Shown piece after piece: positions 38,636 through 50,900 of a DNA stretch of 64,000 nucleotides. A program made the position numbers and the translations under genes. The stretch is taken from contig OY969474.1 of NCBI GenBank assembly GCA_963700145.1, forward strand, positions 256,001 to 320,000, given 5' to 3'. The stretch is from an uncultured Acidobacteriota bacterium. Lineage in GTDB: Bacteria; Acidobacteriota; Thermoanaerobaculia; Multivoradales; UBA5704. Numbering within the stretch: the first letter of the stretch is position 1; every line of letters starts with the position of its first letter. The notes beneath the pieces were generated by a model, which saw only the letters and a list, made by a program, of their open reading frames with translations, had not been told where the DNA came from and ran no database searches.

Positions 38636-39565
38636 TCAGTCGCCGCCGCCGCAACCGCCGCCGCAACCTCCTCCGTCACCGCCGCCGCCGTCCCCGCCAC
38701 TTCCCCCATCACCCCCGGAGTCTGCACCGGCGCCCGAGTCGCTGCCGGCATCAGGGCTCGGTGGGCACTCGGCCATGCCCGGCTCGACCTCCGGCCCGCA
38801 AGGGGAGAGCTGGGTGGGAGTCTCGCCGGGGGCCGCGGCGCTTGCGCCGGCGGGCTCGTCGGTCGAGCCGCCGGTGGAGAAGACGACCGCACAGCCGCCG
38901 CCGTCCGCCTGGCCCGCACCCTCCCTGCCTCGGGACGGCGGCCGCACCTGGCGGCGCTCGCGCGCGGCGGAAAGGAGCGCTGCGGCGCCAGCGCCCACAG
39001 CCACGATCAGCATGCTCTCTCCGAGCACGGCAGCTCCCGGCTCGTCGAAGGCGCGTGCGCAAGCGACCGCGAGGGTCAGCGCCACGGCGCCGGCGCCACC
39101 GAGCGCGAGCCGCCGCCAGGGGCGATCTCCGGCAGCCACCGGCGCTTCCGGCGCTGGCCAGACCTCCGCTGGCGGCGTCTCGCCGAAAAGCCGCCGATAG
39201 CTCGCGAGGGTGTCGGCGTACATCCGCGCGTGCCGCTGCGCCTCCGCCGGACCGCCGCGCGACGGCTCGTGGTGGAACGGCCGGCCCAGCACCTGGCCGC
39301 AGAGCGCTTCCCAATACGAGCGCGTGTAGGTCAGGTGGAGGTGCCAGGCCTCGTCCACCGCGCCCGAAGGGCTCACGGGATGACCGGCCCGCGCCCCAAG
39401 GTAGAGGAAGCGCCGGTACTCCGCGACGACGCGGCGCGCGTATGACGGGCTCCAACCCTTCTCCTCCGCCAGGCGGCGGGTGAACGGCCGCCGAGCCCCG
39501 GGCTCGTCGAGGGGGAAATCACGGAGCTGTGGCCAGAGAGGATCCGCGCCGGCTTCAGGAGTCAT
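38636..39565 (-). CDS. Glycine-rich domain-containing membrane protein (GRDP/TIGR04222-like)
   Basis: FTRRLAEEKGWS...EYRRFLYL...PSGAVDEAWHLHLTYTRSYW; C-terminal GGGCGGGCGGGD. Confidence 0.82.
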   Translation of the reverse strand: MTPEAGADPLWPQLRDFPLDEPGARRPFTRRLAEEKGWSPSYARRVVAEYRRFLYLGARAGHPVSPSGAVDEAWHLHLTYTRSYWEALCGQVLGRPFHHEPSRGGPAEAQRHARMYADTLASYRRLFGETPPAEVWPAPEAPVAAGDRPWRRLALGGAGAVALTLAVACARAFDEPGAAVLGESMLIVAVGAGAAALLSAARERRQVRPPSRGREGAGQADGGGCAVVFSTGGSTDEPAGASAAAPGETPTQLSPCGPEVEPGMAECPPSPDAGSDSGAGADSGGDGGSGGDGGGGDGGGCGGGCGGGD

Positions 39566-39576
39566 CGGGCAGCCCC

Positions 39577-42500
39577 TCAGAACGCGCCGGTGTCGGCGAC
39601 GCTCGCCAGGTTGCCGCTCTTGTTGGTGTAGGTCTTGACCGCGCCGGTCGCCGTGTCGGTGACGCGCAGGGTGTACTCGACGCTCGAGAGCGCGCCGTAG
39701 AAGACCCAATGCTTGCCGTTGACGGCCGTGCCGTCGAGCACCTTGAGCACCACCTCCACGTTGTCCGCGCCGAAGAACCAGAAGTAGCCGGTGTCGCCGG
39801 TGAGCGGGACGGCGCTGCCGACGCCGGTGTTGCCCGAAAAGTCCTTCCAGGTCGCCTCGACCGCGAAGCGGCCGCCGCGGAGGCAAAGCCGGGTGGCGGC
39901 AGGTTGGCAGGGACCCGTAACCGCCGCGACTTCCGAGCCGGCGCGCGGCGGCGGGCCGGAGGCGCTGGAGGGCTCGGCGACCGAGAACGCCCCGAGCGGC
40001 CCGAAGCCGGTCGTATCGGCGACGCTCGCGAGCTGACCGGTCGGGTTCCAGTACCGAGCGGTGAGCCCGGTCTGCACGTCGGTCACCGTCAGCGCGTACT
40101 CGACGCTGGAGAGCGCCCCGTAGAAGACCCAGTGGTGCTGATTGAGCCCCCGCCCGTCGAGGACCTTGAGGATCACCTCGAGGTTCTCCGGCCCGAAGAA
40201 CCAGAAGGCGCCGGTGTCGGCCGTGAGCGGCAGGGCCGTGCCGGCACCGGTGTTGCCGGTGAAATCTCGCCACGTCGCCGTCACGCGGAACCTTCCCCCG
40301 AGGCAGAGCGCGGCCGGCGAGGTCACGCAGGCGCTCTCCGGGGCGCCGAGCTCGAGCAGCCAAAGTTCGCGGCCGGAGAGGCCGTCGTCTGCCGAGAAGT
40401 AGAGGCGGTTGGCCGCTGCCGTGAGCTCCTCTGGATAGGACGATGCGGCGCCGGGCGCGATGTCCTGAACCATCCGCGTGCCTTGCGCCGTGCCGTCGGT
40501 CTGCCACAGTTCCCAACCGTGGACTCCGTCTCCTGCCGCGAAGAACAACCGTCCCCCTGCCGGCCGGAGGCCGCGAGGATGGGAGCCCGGCGGCCCCGGC
40601 ATGATGTCGCGTACCAGCACGGTTCCCGCGTCGGTGCCGTCGCTCCTCCACAGTTCGCGCCCGTGGAGCCCGTCGTCGGCAACGAAGAAGAGAGAGTCGG
40701 CGAAAACCGTGAGAAAGCCCGGGTTCTGGCCGGGGTCGGGGACATGGCGGAATCCGCGCACCAGCACCGTCCCTTCGGGGCTGCCGTCGGTCCGCCACAG
40801 GCCGCGGCCGGAGGAGGTCGCGGCGAAGAAATAGAGGTTGCCACTCAAGGAGACCAGCTCGCCAACGCCTGCGGGGCTGAGACTGGTGCCCGCGGCGTGC
40901 ACCGGAGTCGAGCCCGCCAGGGTGCCGTCTGTCTTCCAGACCTGCGCGAATCCGCCCTGCTCGCGGCCGATGAAGTACACCCACGGACCGACGCGGGTGA
41001 ACTCTGGGTCGGCTGCGTGGTTGAATCTGCCGAAGAAGTCCGTGACCTTGCGGGTTCCTTCGGGCGTGCCGTCGCTCCGCCAAACGTCTCGGCCGAACTC
41101 GTGATCGGCGGCCGTGAAGTAGAGCTCGTTGCCGAGCGCGGTCAGGTGGCGGATGTCGGCTGCGCTCTCGGTCGGGAAGTCGACCGCCTTCCGCGTGCCT
41201 CCGGTCGCGCCATTGGTTTGCCACAGGGCGTACTCGAACGGGTCGGCCCCGGTGAAGAAGACCTCGCCGTGGATCTCGGCGAAGCCCGAGCCCGAGGTGG
41301 TCAGGAGATCGGGGGGCAGGCCGGCGAGCCGCGCTGTGCCTTCCGGCGTTCCATCCGAGGTCCAAACCTGGGGCTCGTGGAGTGTTTCCTCGCGGAGGAA
41401 GAACAGCCTGCCTGCGGCGGCGGTCAACTCCTGGGGAAAGCGATTCGGGCCCGGGCAGTCCGTTTCTGGCTCGCTAGGTGCCAGCGCGAGGGTGGTGGCC
41501 GCCGATCCAGCGGTCCTCCACAGCTTTCTGAACCTGTCCTCGCAGGCGGTGAAGAAGAGTCGCTCGCCGAGAGCCACCAGCTCGAGCGGCGTCGAAGAGT
41601 CGTGGCGATCGGCGAAGTCGGTCAAGAGTCGCGTTCCCGGCCGCGTGCCGTCGCCCACCCAAAGCTCGTGACCGTACTGCGTCCGGGCAGTAAAGAAGAC
41701 CTCGGGACCGCGCGCCACGAGAAAGCTCTGGGACACTTCGAGCTCGCCGGTGAAATGCGTGAACCGATGCGTACCCGCGGCCGTGCCGTCGCTTCGCCAG
41801 AGGTTGGCTCCTCGCGACGAGACCCCTTCCTCGGAGGCGACGAAGAACGCCGTGCTGCCGGCGCGGGCCGGCCCCGTGAGGAGCCCCCCGCACCGGCCAC
41901 TGCAGACATCGGCGAGGAGCCCGGTACCGGCTTGTGTGCCGTCGGTTCTCCAAAGCTCCCGGCCATGGTCCGTAGTCTCTGCCGCGAACAGGGCACGGCC
42001 GGCAGTCTGGACCAGCGGGTGCTCGAGAAGCAGGCGCGGGCAGCCTGGGCAGGAACCGGCCAGCCTCGACATCGTGCGTGAGACGCCCGTGGTCGACCAG
42101 AGGCCATAGCCGTCGCCGGCGTTGGCCTTGAAGATTAAGCGGTCGGCGACCTCGACCAGCTCGAGCGGTGCCAGGAAAGGCCTCGGATTCTGGAACTCAG
42201 TAATTCGAACGGTGCCGGCTGCCGTGCCGTCGCTACGCCAGATCTCTTCGCCACCCACGCCGTCGTCGGCCAGGAAATACACGCGCGATCCGATCGCCTG
42301 GAGCGTCGAGCCCTGGCGGACCGCGACGCCTTGAGCAGGGAAGCTCGTGAGCTGGCGCGTGCCGGCGGCGGTGCCGTCGCTCACCCAGAGCTGGCGCGCG
42401 CTTCCCGTGACGCGAATGAAGAACAGCCGGTTCGTGGTGCCGACGAGGGCGAGAGGGCGCGCGTCGAGGTCGAGGATGGGAATCGTGCCGGCAGCCGTCC

Positions 42501-43140
42501 CGTTGCTGCTCCACAACGCCAATTCCCCGGGCTCGGTCTGGCCGACGAAGAAGAGCTTCCGGGCCGCCGCGTGGATGCCGGTGACGCCTGGGGCGTCGAA
42601 GACAAGCACCGTTCCTTCCGGCGTGCCGTCACTCCGCCAGAGGTCGCAGCCCAGGTCGGGCGTGCAGCCGGGAAAGTAGAGCGTCTCGTCGATCAGGGCG
42701 ACGGTAGGTGGTTCTGGCAAGGAGGAGAGCGATACCGTGAGGTCCGAGGCCGCGCCGGCGAGGGCGAAGGTCCCTGCGCGTGTCCCGTCCGAGCGCCACA
42801 GTCGTGGCTGCGCATCGCCGGCGGTAACCCAGAACACCAGGTTCGACGTCGTGGCGAGGAACAGGGGACGTGAGGAGCAGGCGCCGGGGCAACCGTCCAC
42901 GAGCAGCTCGGTCCCAGCCGAGGTGCCGTCGCTCGCCCAGGCCTCGTCGCCAACGGTGAAGTCCGCCCGCACGAAGAACACGGCGCTCCGGATGGAGACC
43001 ATCCGGCCCACGAATGAGCTGGACTGGTCCGGACGCGCGGTGCTGATGTCGCGAACCAGAGAGGCGCTCTGAGCCTCCGCGCCATGCGCGAAGAGGACCA
43101 GCGAGGCGCCGAGAGTGGCGAGCCGACCGACTGCCTGCAT
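39577..43140 (-). CDS. ELWxxDGT repeat surface protein
   Basis: Many ELW/LWRSDGT..GT repeats, signal peptide, two C-terminal LCL.GGRF...WFF..N.EV..KVLDG domains. Confidence 0.9.
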   Translation of the reverse strand: MQAVGRLATLGASLVLFAHGAEAQSASLVRDISTARPDQSSSFVGRMVSIRSAVFFVRADFTVGDEAWASDGTSAGTELLVDGCPGACSSRPLFLATTSNLVFWVTAGDAQPRLWRSDGTRAGTFALAGAASDLTVSLSSLPEPPTVALIDETLYFPGCTPDLGCDLWRSDGTPEGTVLVFDAPGVTGIHAAARKLFFVGQTEPGELALWSSNGTAAGTIPILDLDARPLALVGTTNRLFFIRVTGSARQLWVSDGTAAGTRQLTSFPAQGVAVRQGSTLQAIGSRVYFLADDGVGGEEIWRSDGTAAGTVRITEFQNPRPFLAPLELVEVADRLIFKANAGDGYGLWSTTGVSRTMSRLAGSCPGCPRLLLEHPLVQTAGRALFAAETTDHGRELWRTDGTQAGTGLLADVCSGRCGGLLTGPARAGSTAFFVASEEGVSSRGANLWRSDGTAAGTHRFTHFTGELEVSQSFLVARGPEVFFTARTQYGHELWVGDGTRPGTRLLTDFADRHDSSTPLELVALGERLFFTACEDRFRKLWRTAGSAATTLALAPSEPETDCPGPNRFPQELTAAAGRLFFLREETLHEPQVWTSDGTPEGTARLAGLPPDLLTTSGSGFAEIHGEVFFTGADPFEYALWQTNGATGGTRKAVDFPTESAADIRHLTALGNELYFTAADHEFGRDVWRSDGTPEGTRKVTDFFGRFNHAADPEFTRVGPWVYFIGREQGGFAQVWKTDGTLAGSTPVHAAGTSLSPAGVGELVSLSGNLYFFAATSSGRGLWRTDGSPEGTVLVRGFRHVPDPGQNPGFLTVFADSLFFVADDGLHGRELWRSDGTDAGTVLVRDIMPGPPGSHPRGLRPAGGRLFFAAGDGVHGWELWQTDGTAQGTRMVQDIAPGAASSYPEELTAAANRLYFSADDGLSGRELWLLELGAPESACVTSPAALCLGGRFRVTATWRDFTGNTGAGTALPLTADTGAFWFFGPENLEVILKVLDGRGLNQHHWVFYGALSSVEYALTVTDVQTGLTARYWNPTGQLASVADTTGFGPLGAFSVAEPSSASGPPPRAGSEVAAVTGPCQPAATRLCLRGGRFAVEATWKDFSGNTGVGSAVPLTGDTGYFWFFGADNVEVVLKVLDGTAVNGKHWVFYGALSSVEYTLRVTDTATGAVKTYTNKSGNLASVADTGAF

Positions 43141-43233
43141 CAACGACCTCCTTGGAACTGTGATCGCGACACTACTGTGGATTCTTTCACCAGCACAACG
43201 CCTCCACGGCCGCCGCGTGCCACAATCCCGCTC

Positions 43234-45861
43234 GTGCCCGACCCCGCCGACGCGCCGGCCGTCCTCTCGTCCGAGCTCGTCCCCACTCTCACCCCAGCCC
43301 CCGGCCGTCCCTCCCTCCTCGACCGCGTCCCGACCGAAGGCGCCGCCGCCGATCCCGAGGCAATCCTCAGCCGCTTCGTCGAATGGGTTGCCGACCTCGG
43401 GCTCGAGCTCTACCCGGCGCAGGAGGAGGCGCTGCTCGAGGTCTTCGCCGGCAAGCACGTCATCCTCAACACGCCGACCGGCTCGGGGAAGTCGCTGGTG
43501 GCGCTCGGGCTCCACTTCAAGGCGCTTTGCGAAGGGCAGACCTCCTTCTATACCAGCCCGATCAAGGCGCTGGCGTCGGAGAAGTTCTTCGCCCTCTGCG
43601 ACGACTTCGGCGCCGCCAACGTCGGCATGCTCACCGGCGACGCCTCGATCAACCCGCGGGCGCCGGTCCTCTGCTGCACCGCCGAGGTGCTCTCCAACAT
43701 GGCGCTCCGCCGCGGCGAGGCACTGGCGGCGCCCTACGTGGTGATGGACGAGTTCCACTACTACTCGGACAACGAGCGCGGCGTCGCCTGGCAGGTGCCG
43801 CTCCTCTCCCTGCCGCGCACCCAGTTCCTGCTGATGTCGGCGACCCTGGGCGACACCAGCGCCATCGCCGAGCACCTGCAGCGGCAGACAGGGCGCGAGG
43901 TGGCGCTGGTCTCCTCCGAGCAGCGGCCGGTGCCGCTCGACTTCACCTACCGTGAGACGCCGCTGCACGAGACGGTCGAGGAGCTGCTCGCCGCCGGCAA
44001 GGCGCCGATCTACATCGTCAGCTTCACCCAACGCGAGTGCGCCGAGCTGGCGCAGGCGCTGACCAGCACCCAGATCACCACCCGCGAGGAGCGGGAGCGG
44101 ATCCGCGAGGCGATCGGCGACTTCCGGCTCGACAGCCCCTACGGCAAGGAGTTCCGCCGCTTCCTCTCCTTCGGCGTCGGCGTCCACCACGCCGGTCTCC
44201 TGCCCAAGTACCGGCTGCTCGTCGAGCAGCTCTCGCAGCAGGGGCTGCTCAAGGTGATCTGCGGCACCGACACGCTCGGCGTCGGGGTCAACATCCCGAT
44301 CCGCACCGTCCTCTTCTCCAAGCTCGCCAAGTTCGACGGCAAGAAGGTGGCGCTGCTCTCGGTGCGCGACTTCAAGCAGATCGCCGGCCGCGCCGGGCGG
44401 AAGGGGTTCGACGACAAGGGGAGCGTCGTCGCGCAGGCGCCCGAGCACGTGATCGAGAAGCGCCTCGCCGACCGCCGCGCCGGCGAGGGGAAGCGGCGGC
44501 GCGGCGGGCCGAAGGCGGCGCCCAAGGGGGAGGTGACCTGGAGCGAGGAGACCTTCCAGAAGCTGATCGCGCGCCCGCCCGAGACCCTGCGCTCGCGCTT
44601 CCGCGTCACCCACGGCATGGTCTTGAACCTCCTGCAGCGCGACGCCGAGCAGGACGACCCGGGGCGGCGCAACTTCTCCTCGCTGCGCGAGCTGATCGCC
44701 CGCAGCCACGAGGACGAGGGCACCAAGACCCGTCTCCTCTCTCACGCCGCGGCGCTCATCCGCTCGCTCTATCGCGCCGGCGTGCTGCGCATGGCCCGCG
44801 ACACGACGTCGCCGTACCTCTGGATCGTCGTCGCCCAGGAGCTGCAGTGGGACTTCTCGCTCCACCAGGCGCTCTCGCTCTACCTCGTCGAGACGCTGCA
44901 GACGCTCGACCCCGAGTCGCCCGACTACGCGCTCGACGTCATCACCCTGGCCGAGGCGGTCTTGGAGGACCCGGAGATCGTGCTGCGCAAGCAGGCCGAC
45001 CGCGCCAAGCAGGAGCTGCTGGCGCGGCTCAAGGAAGAGCGGATGCCCTACGAGGAGCGCATGGAGCGGCTCGAGGAGGTCGCCCACCCGCAGCCGCTCG
45101 CCGACTTCCTCTACGGCAGCTTCAACCGCTTCCGCGGCGCCCACCCATGGGTGGGAAGCCGGGAGATCCGCCCCAAGTCGATCGGGCGCGAGATGTTCGA
45201 GGGCTACCTCTCCTTCGCCGACTACGTGAAGCTCTACGGCCTGCAGCGCAGCGAAGGCGTCCTGCTGCGCTACCTCTCGCAGCTCTACAAGACGCTCGAC
45301 CAGAGCGTGCCGCAGGCGGCGCAGAGCGAAGGCGTGCTCGACGCCGTCGGCTTCTTCCGCGCCTTGATCGAGCACACCGACTCGAGCCTCTTGGAGGAGT
45401 GGGAGAGCCTGCTGCACCCCGAGCTGCGGCTGGCCCGGGAGCGCGAGCGGGAGCTGGCGCGCGAGGCGCTCTGGGTCGACCAGCTCCTGCACGACGCCGG
45501 CGCCTTCGCCGCGCGCGTGCGCGCCGAGCTCCACCTCCTCGTGCGCGCGCTCGCCGACCGCGACTGGGAGGAGGCGGCGCTCTCGGTGCAGCAGGACCCC
45601 GCCGATCCGTGGGACGCCGCGCGCTTCGAGGCGGCGATGGCGCCGTTCTATACCGAGTACCGCGAGCTGGTCTTCACGCCCGAGGCGCGCCGCCACCGCT
45701 GGACGTCGATCCGGCGCAGCGGCGACCGCTTGTGGGAGGTGAGCCAGACGCTGCTCGATCCCGAGGAGGACGACCTCTGGGCGGTGACGGGAACGATCGA
45801 CCTGCGCCGCCCCGGCGCGGTCGAGGGCCCGCTGGTCCGGGTCGCGCGCATCGGCCCTTGA
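43234..45861 (+). CDS. Ski2-like DEAD/DEAH helicase (DUF3516-type)
   Basis: PTGSGKS, SPIKALASEK, DEFH, MSAT, QIAGRAGR; start uncertain. Confidence 0.9.
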   Translation: MPDPADAPAVLSSELVPTLTPAPGRPSLLDRVPTEGAAADPEAILSRFVEWVADLGLELYPAQEEALLEVFAGKHVILNTPTGSGKSLVALGLHFKALCEGQTSFYTSPIKALASEKFFALCDDFGAANVGMLTGDASINPRAPVLCCTAEVLSNMALRRGEALAAPYVVMDEFHYYSDNERGVAWQVPLLSLPRTQFLLMSATLGDTSAIAEHLQRQTGREVALVSSEQRPVPLDFTYRETPLHETVEELLAAGKAPIYIVSFTQRECAELAQALTSTQITTREERERIREAIGDFRLDSPYGKEFRRFLSFGVGVHHAGLLPKYRLLVEQLSQQGLLKVICGTDTLGVGVNIPIRTVLFSKLAKFDGKKVALLSVRDFKQIAGRAGRKGFDDKGSVVAQAPEHVIEKRLADRRAGEGKRRRGGPKAAPKGEVTWSEETFQKLIARPPETLRSRFRVTHGMVLNLLQRDAEQDDPGRRNFSSLRELIARSHEDEGTKTRLLSHAAALIRSLYRAGVLRMARDTTSPYLWIVVAQELQWDFSLHQALSLYLVETLQTLDPESPDYALDVITLAEAVLEDPEIVLRKQADRAKQELLARLKEERMPYEERMERLEEVAHPQPLADFLYGSFNRFRGAHPWVGSREIRPKSIGREMFEGYLSFADYVKLYGLQRSEGVLLRYLSQLYKTLDQSVPQAAQSEGVLDAVGFFRALIEHTDSSLLEEWESLLHPELRLARERERELAREALWVDQLLHDAGAFAARVRAELHLLVRALADRDWEEAALSVQQDPADPWDAARFEAAMAPFYTEYRELVFTPEARRHRWTSIRRSGDRLWEVSQTLLDPEEDDLWAVTGTIDLRRPGAVEGPLVRVARIGP

Positions 45862-46035
45862 AGCGCGAGTCGGGGTGATGCACGAGGCTCAACGTCCCCC
45901 AACATCTTGTGGCTTGAGCTTCCCTTGACAACAATTCGTGGTACTATGCCGCGCATGGCCGGGGGGCAGTCCCAAGGGTGTGTCGGGTGGGTGCTTGAGA
46001 CGTGCTCAACCAGAAAGGAAGGGAGGTGATTCGAG

Positions 46036-46113
46036 ATGGCCGCGAAAAAGCCTGCGCCCAAGAAGAGCGCTGCTAAGAAGTCGACCGCCAAGAAGTCGAG
46101 CAAGAAGAAGTAA
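46036..46113 (+). CDS. 25-aa lysine-rich microprotein
   Basis: MAAKKPAPKKSAAKKSTAKKSSKKK with strong RBS ggaggtgat and a downstream hairpin. Confidence 0.7.
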   Translation: MAAKKPAPKKSAAKKSTAKKSSKKK

Positions 46114-46120
46114 GGCAGTA

Positions 46121-46149
46121 CCAGGGGTGTTCACGACCTGAACCCCCGG
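46121..46149 (+). terminator. Hairpin after the microprotein gene
   Basis: ggggtgttca-cgacc-tgaaccccc. Confidence 0.45.
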
Positions 46150-46254
46150 CCCGTTTCGGACACTTTCCTCTCCTGATCTCAGCTCTTCCCGGCGGCTGGC
46201 TTGCCAGCCGCAGTGTCCCTCCTCTCGCCGCCGGGGCGGCCTACAATACGGACC

Positions 46255-47936
<1,682 letters not shown>

Positions 47937-47940
<4 letters not shown>

Positions 47941-47970
47941 CGCCCGGCCCACGCGCCGGGCGTTTTTTCT
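47937..47970 (+). terminator. Rho-independent terminator / GTAG REP-like hairpin
   Basis: gtag-cgcccggc-ccacgc-gccgggcg-tttttt. Confidence 0.8.
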
Positions 47971-47977
47971 TCACCCC

Positions 47978-50900
47978 TTGCGCCGCCTCCCCGAGGTCCC
48001 GATCCTCCTCGCCGCGCTCGCGGCGCCCCTGCTGCCGTCGCCGTTCTCTGCCGTCGCGCTCCTGGCGCTCGGCGCCCTCTGGCTGCGCCGCCGGCCGCCG
48101 CAGCGCGAGATCGCCGTCGTCGGCCTGCCGCTGCTGGTCGCGGTGGCGGCGCTGGCCGGCGAAACGCTGCTCCGCCCGCGCCTCGACGCTCCGCCGGAGA
48201 CCTGGCGGCGCGCTGCCGGGCGCGGCTACGAGCGGCTCTGGCGCGAGCTGGAGCGCGACGCCGGCGCCGCGGCCGCGGCGCTGCCGCCGACCCTCCAGGC
48301 GCCGCTCGCGGCGCCGGCCTCCACTCCCGCCGCGCAGCTCGACGCCTTCCGCCGCCTCGCCGCGCAACGGCCCGGCCGCGGCGCCGGGCGGCACACGCTG
48401 CTCCTCGTCGATCCCGACGGCGCGCCGATCGCCTGGGCGGGGGAGGGGCTGCTGCACGAGCTCGGCGCCGGCGAGCTGCCGCGCGCCGGTCGCCACTTCA
48501 AGGCCGGCTTCGGTGCCGCGACGCTGCTCGTCGTCGAGCCGCTCGGCGCCGCGCGCCGCCCCTGGCGTGTGGTGGCAGGCGCGAGCTACGCCACCGCCTC
48601 GCTCCCCTTCCCGGCGCCCGATCGGGAGCGGCGCTGGGCGCTGGTCGAGGAACCGGGCCGCGCGCTCCCCGGCGCTCTCCAGGTGCCGCTCCCGGCTTCG
48701 CCGACCCTGGTGATCGCCGCCGCCCGCCGTACGGCGGCGGCGCCGCCGCTGCCGCTCCGCCCGCTCGCCTGGGGGGCGCTCGCGGTGGCGCTCCTGGCGC
48801 TGGCGGTGATGCGCGGCGTCGGTCTCGTGCTGCCGGTGCAGCGGCCGGAAGCGCGCGAGCGGCGGCTCTGGGTCGCGGCGCTGGCGCTCGGCGGCGCCGT
48901 CGCCGCCGGGGCCGCCGCGGCGCTGCCGCCGGCGACGCTCGCCGCGCTCGCCGCCGGCGTGGCGCTGGCGGTGGCGGGCGTCGTGCTGCCGCCGCGCGAG
49001 CCCGGGCGCCGCCCGCCCTGGCTCGCGCCGCTGCTCGGCGCGCTCGCCGCGCCGCTCCTCGGCCTCGCCGCCTGGGCCCTCGGCCGCGGCGTCCCCCCTG
49101 ACCTCGCCGCCGACCTCTTCGTGCCGGCGGAGCGCTACGGCCTGCGCCTGGCACTCACGGCGGCCGCGCTCGGCCTCCTCGCCGGGGCGGGGCGGCTCGC
49201 GGCCGGCGCGCGCGGCGCCTTCTGGGCGCGCGAGCGCTGGGCGTGGCTGGCCGTCGCGCTGCTGCTGGCCGGCGGCCTGCTCCACGACCTGCCGCTCGCC
49301 GCGCTGCCGCTGCTCGCCGCCGGCTGCGGCCTGGCGGCCGCCTGGGCGGGGGACCGCCGCTGGTCGGAGCAGCCGCTGGCGCTGGCCGCGCTGGTCCTCC
49401 TCGCCACGCTTGCCGGTGCCGGCGCCTGGGAGACCGCCTACCGCCTGCGGCTGCGCGAGGCCGCGGCCGGCGAGCTGCTGGCGCGGCTGATGCCGCCGCG
49501 GGCGGCGGCGCTGCGGCCGGTCGCCGCCGGGCTCGACCGCCACTTCCGGCGCCGCGACCTGGCGCAGCTTCTGCCGCGCGTGCCGGCCGGCCTCGAGCGG
49601 CAGGACCTCGCCTTCGCGCTGTGGAGCGGCTCGCCTCTGGCGCGCGGCGACGCCCGCACCGCGCTGGTCGTCGAGCCGCGCGAGGGGGAGCGCTCCTCCT
49701 TCGCGTTCGGCCTGCCGCTCGACCCGCAAGGGCGGATCGACGTCCGCCCCGAGCGCTGGCCGGGGGCGCGCCTGCCGCTCGACCGCGCTCTCCTCCTGAG
49801 CGGCATGTCGCCGCTCGCCTTCCGCGGCCGTCCCTGGGCGACGGTGCGCTGGTGGCTCCTCCCCGAGCCGGGCTTCCGCGCCGCCGCGCCGCGCCCGCTC
49901 TCCGGCGTCGCCGAAGGCCTGCTGCGCGGCGAGCCCGGCGCCGCCGAGCCGGCCGGGCTCCCCGAGGCCGCGCGCTTCGCGCTCTACGACGCCCAGGGGC
50001 GGGCGACCCGCTCGCCCTGGCTGGAGACGCCGCCGCTGCCGCCGGCGCTGCGCCGGCGGGCCGCCGCGCAGGCGGCCGTGCGCACGCCCGAAGGGCCGGC
50101 CATGGCCTACGTGCGCCCGCTGCCCGACGGCTGGGCGGCAGTGCTGGTGCCCGCCTTGCGGCCGCTGCCGGCGATCGAGCGTGTCGGCACCTGGGCCTTC
50201 GGCACCCTGGCGCTCGCCGCCGTCGCGCTCGCCGCGGCGCTGCTCCTGGCGCTGCCGCGCGCCGCCTTCCGCGAGAGCCTCGGCCGCGCCGTCCGCACCT
50301 ATTCGAAGCGGCTGCTCATCGTTACCACGCTGCTCCTGCTGGTGCCGCTGCTGCTGCTCAACGTCGTCCTGGTGCGCGCCACCGAGCGCCGGCTCCTGGC
50401 CGCCCGCCGCGACGCCGGCGAGGCCGCCCTCAACACCGTGCAGAAGGTGCTCGGCGACTACATCCTGACCTTCGCCCCCGGCTTCGGCCTCGACACCGCA
50501 CTCGACGACGACCTGCTGGTTTGGCTCTCGCGCGTCACCCGCCACGAGGTCAACCTCTACTGGGGCAGCGGCGTCTACTCCTCGAGCCGCCACGAGCTGT
50601 TCACCGCCGGTCTCCTGCCCAAGCGCATCCCGGGCGAGATCTACTCGCGTCTGGCCCTTCTCGGCTACGAGCTCTCGTCGCGCATCAACCGCGCCGGCGA
50701 GACCGCCTACCTCGAGCTCTACGCGCCGCTGCGCGTGCCGGGGGTACCGGCGGCGCAGGCGCGGCTGTTCCTGTCGATGCCGCTCCTGGCGCAGCAGGAG
50801 GAGGTGGCGCGCGACCTCGCGCACCTGCGTCGCCAGGGCGTGCTGGTGAGCGCCGCCCTCTTCGCCCTCCTCCTGGCCGTGGCGACGCGCCTGGCGCGCA

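Noticed and set aside
43141-45696. N-terminal extension making the ELWxxDGT protein 2039 aa
   Set aside because: It is the antisense of the helicase; the signal peptide and RBS place the start at 43140
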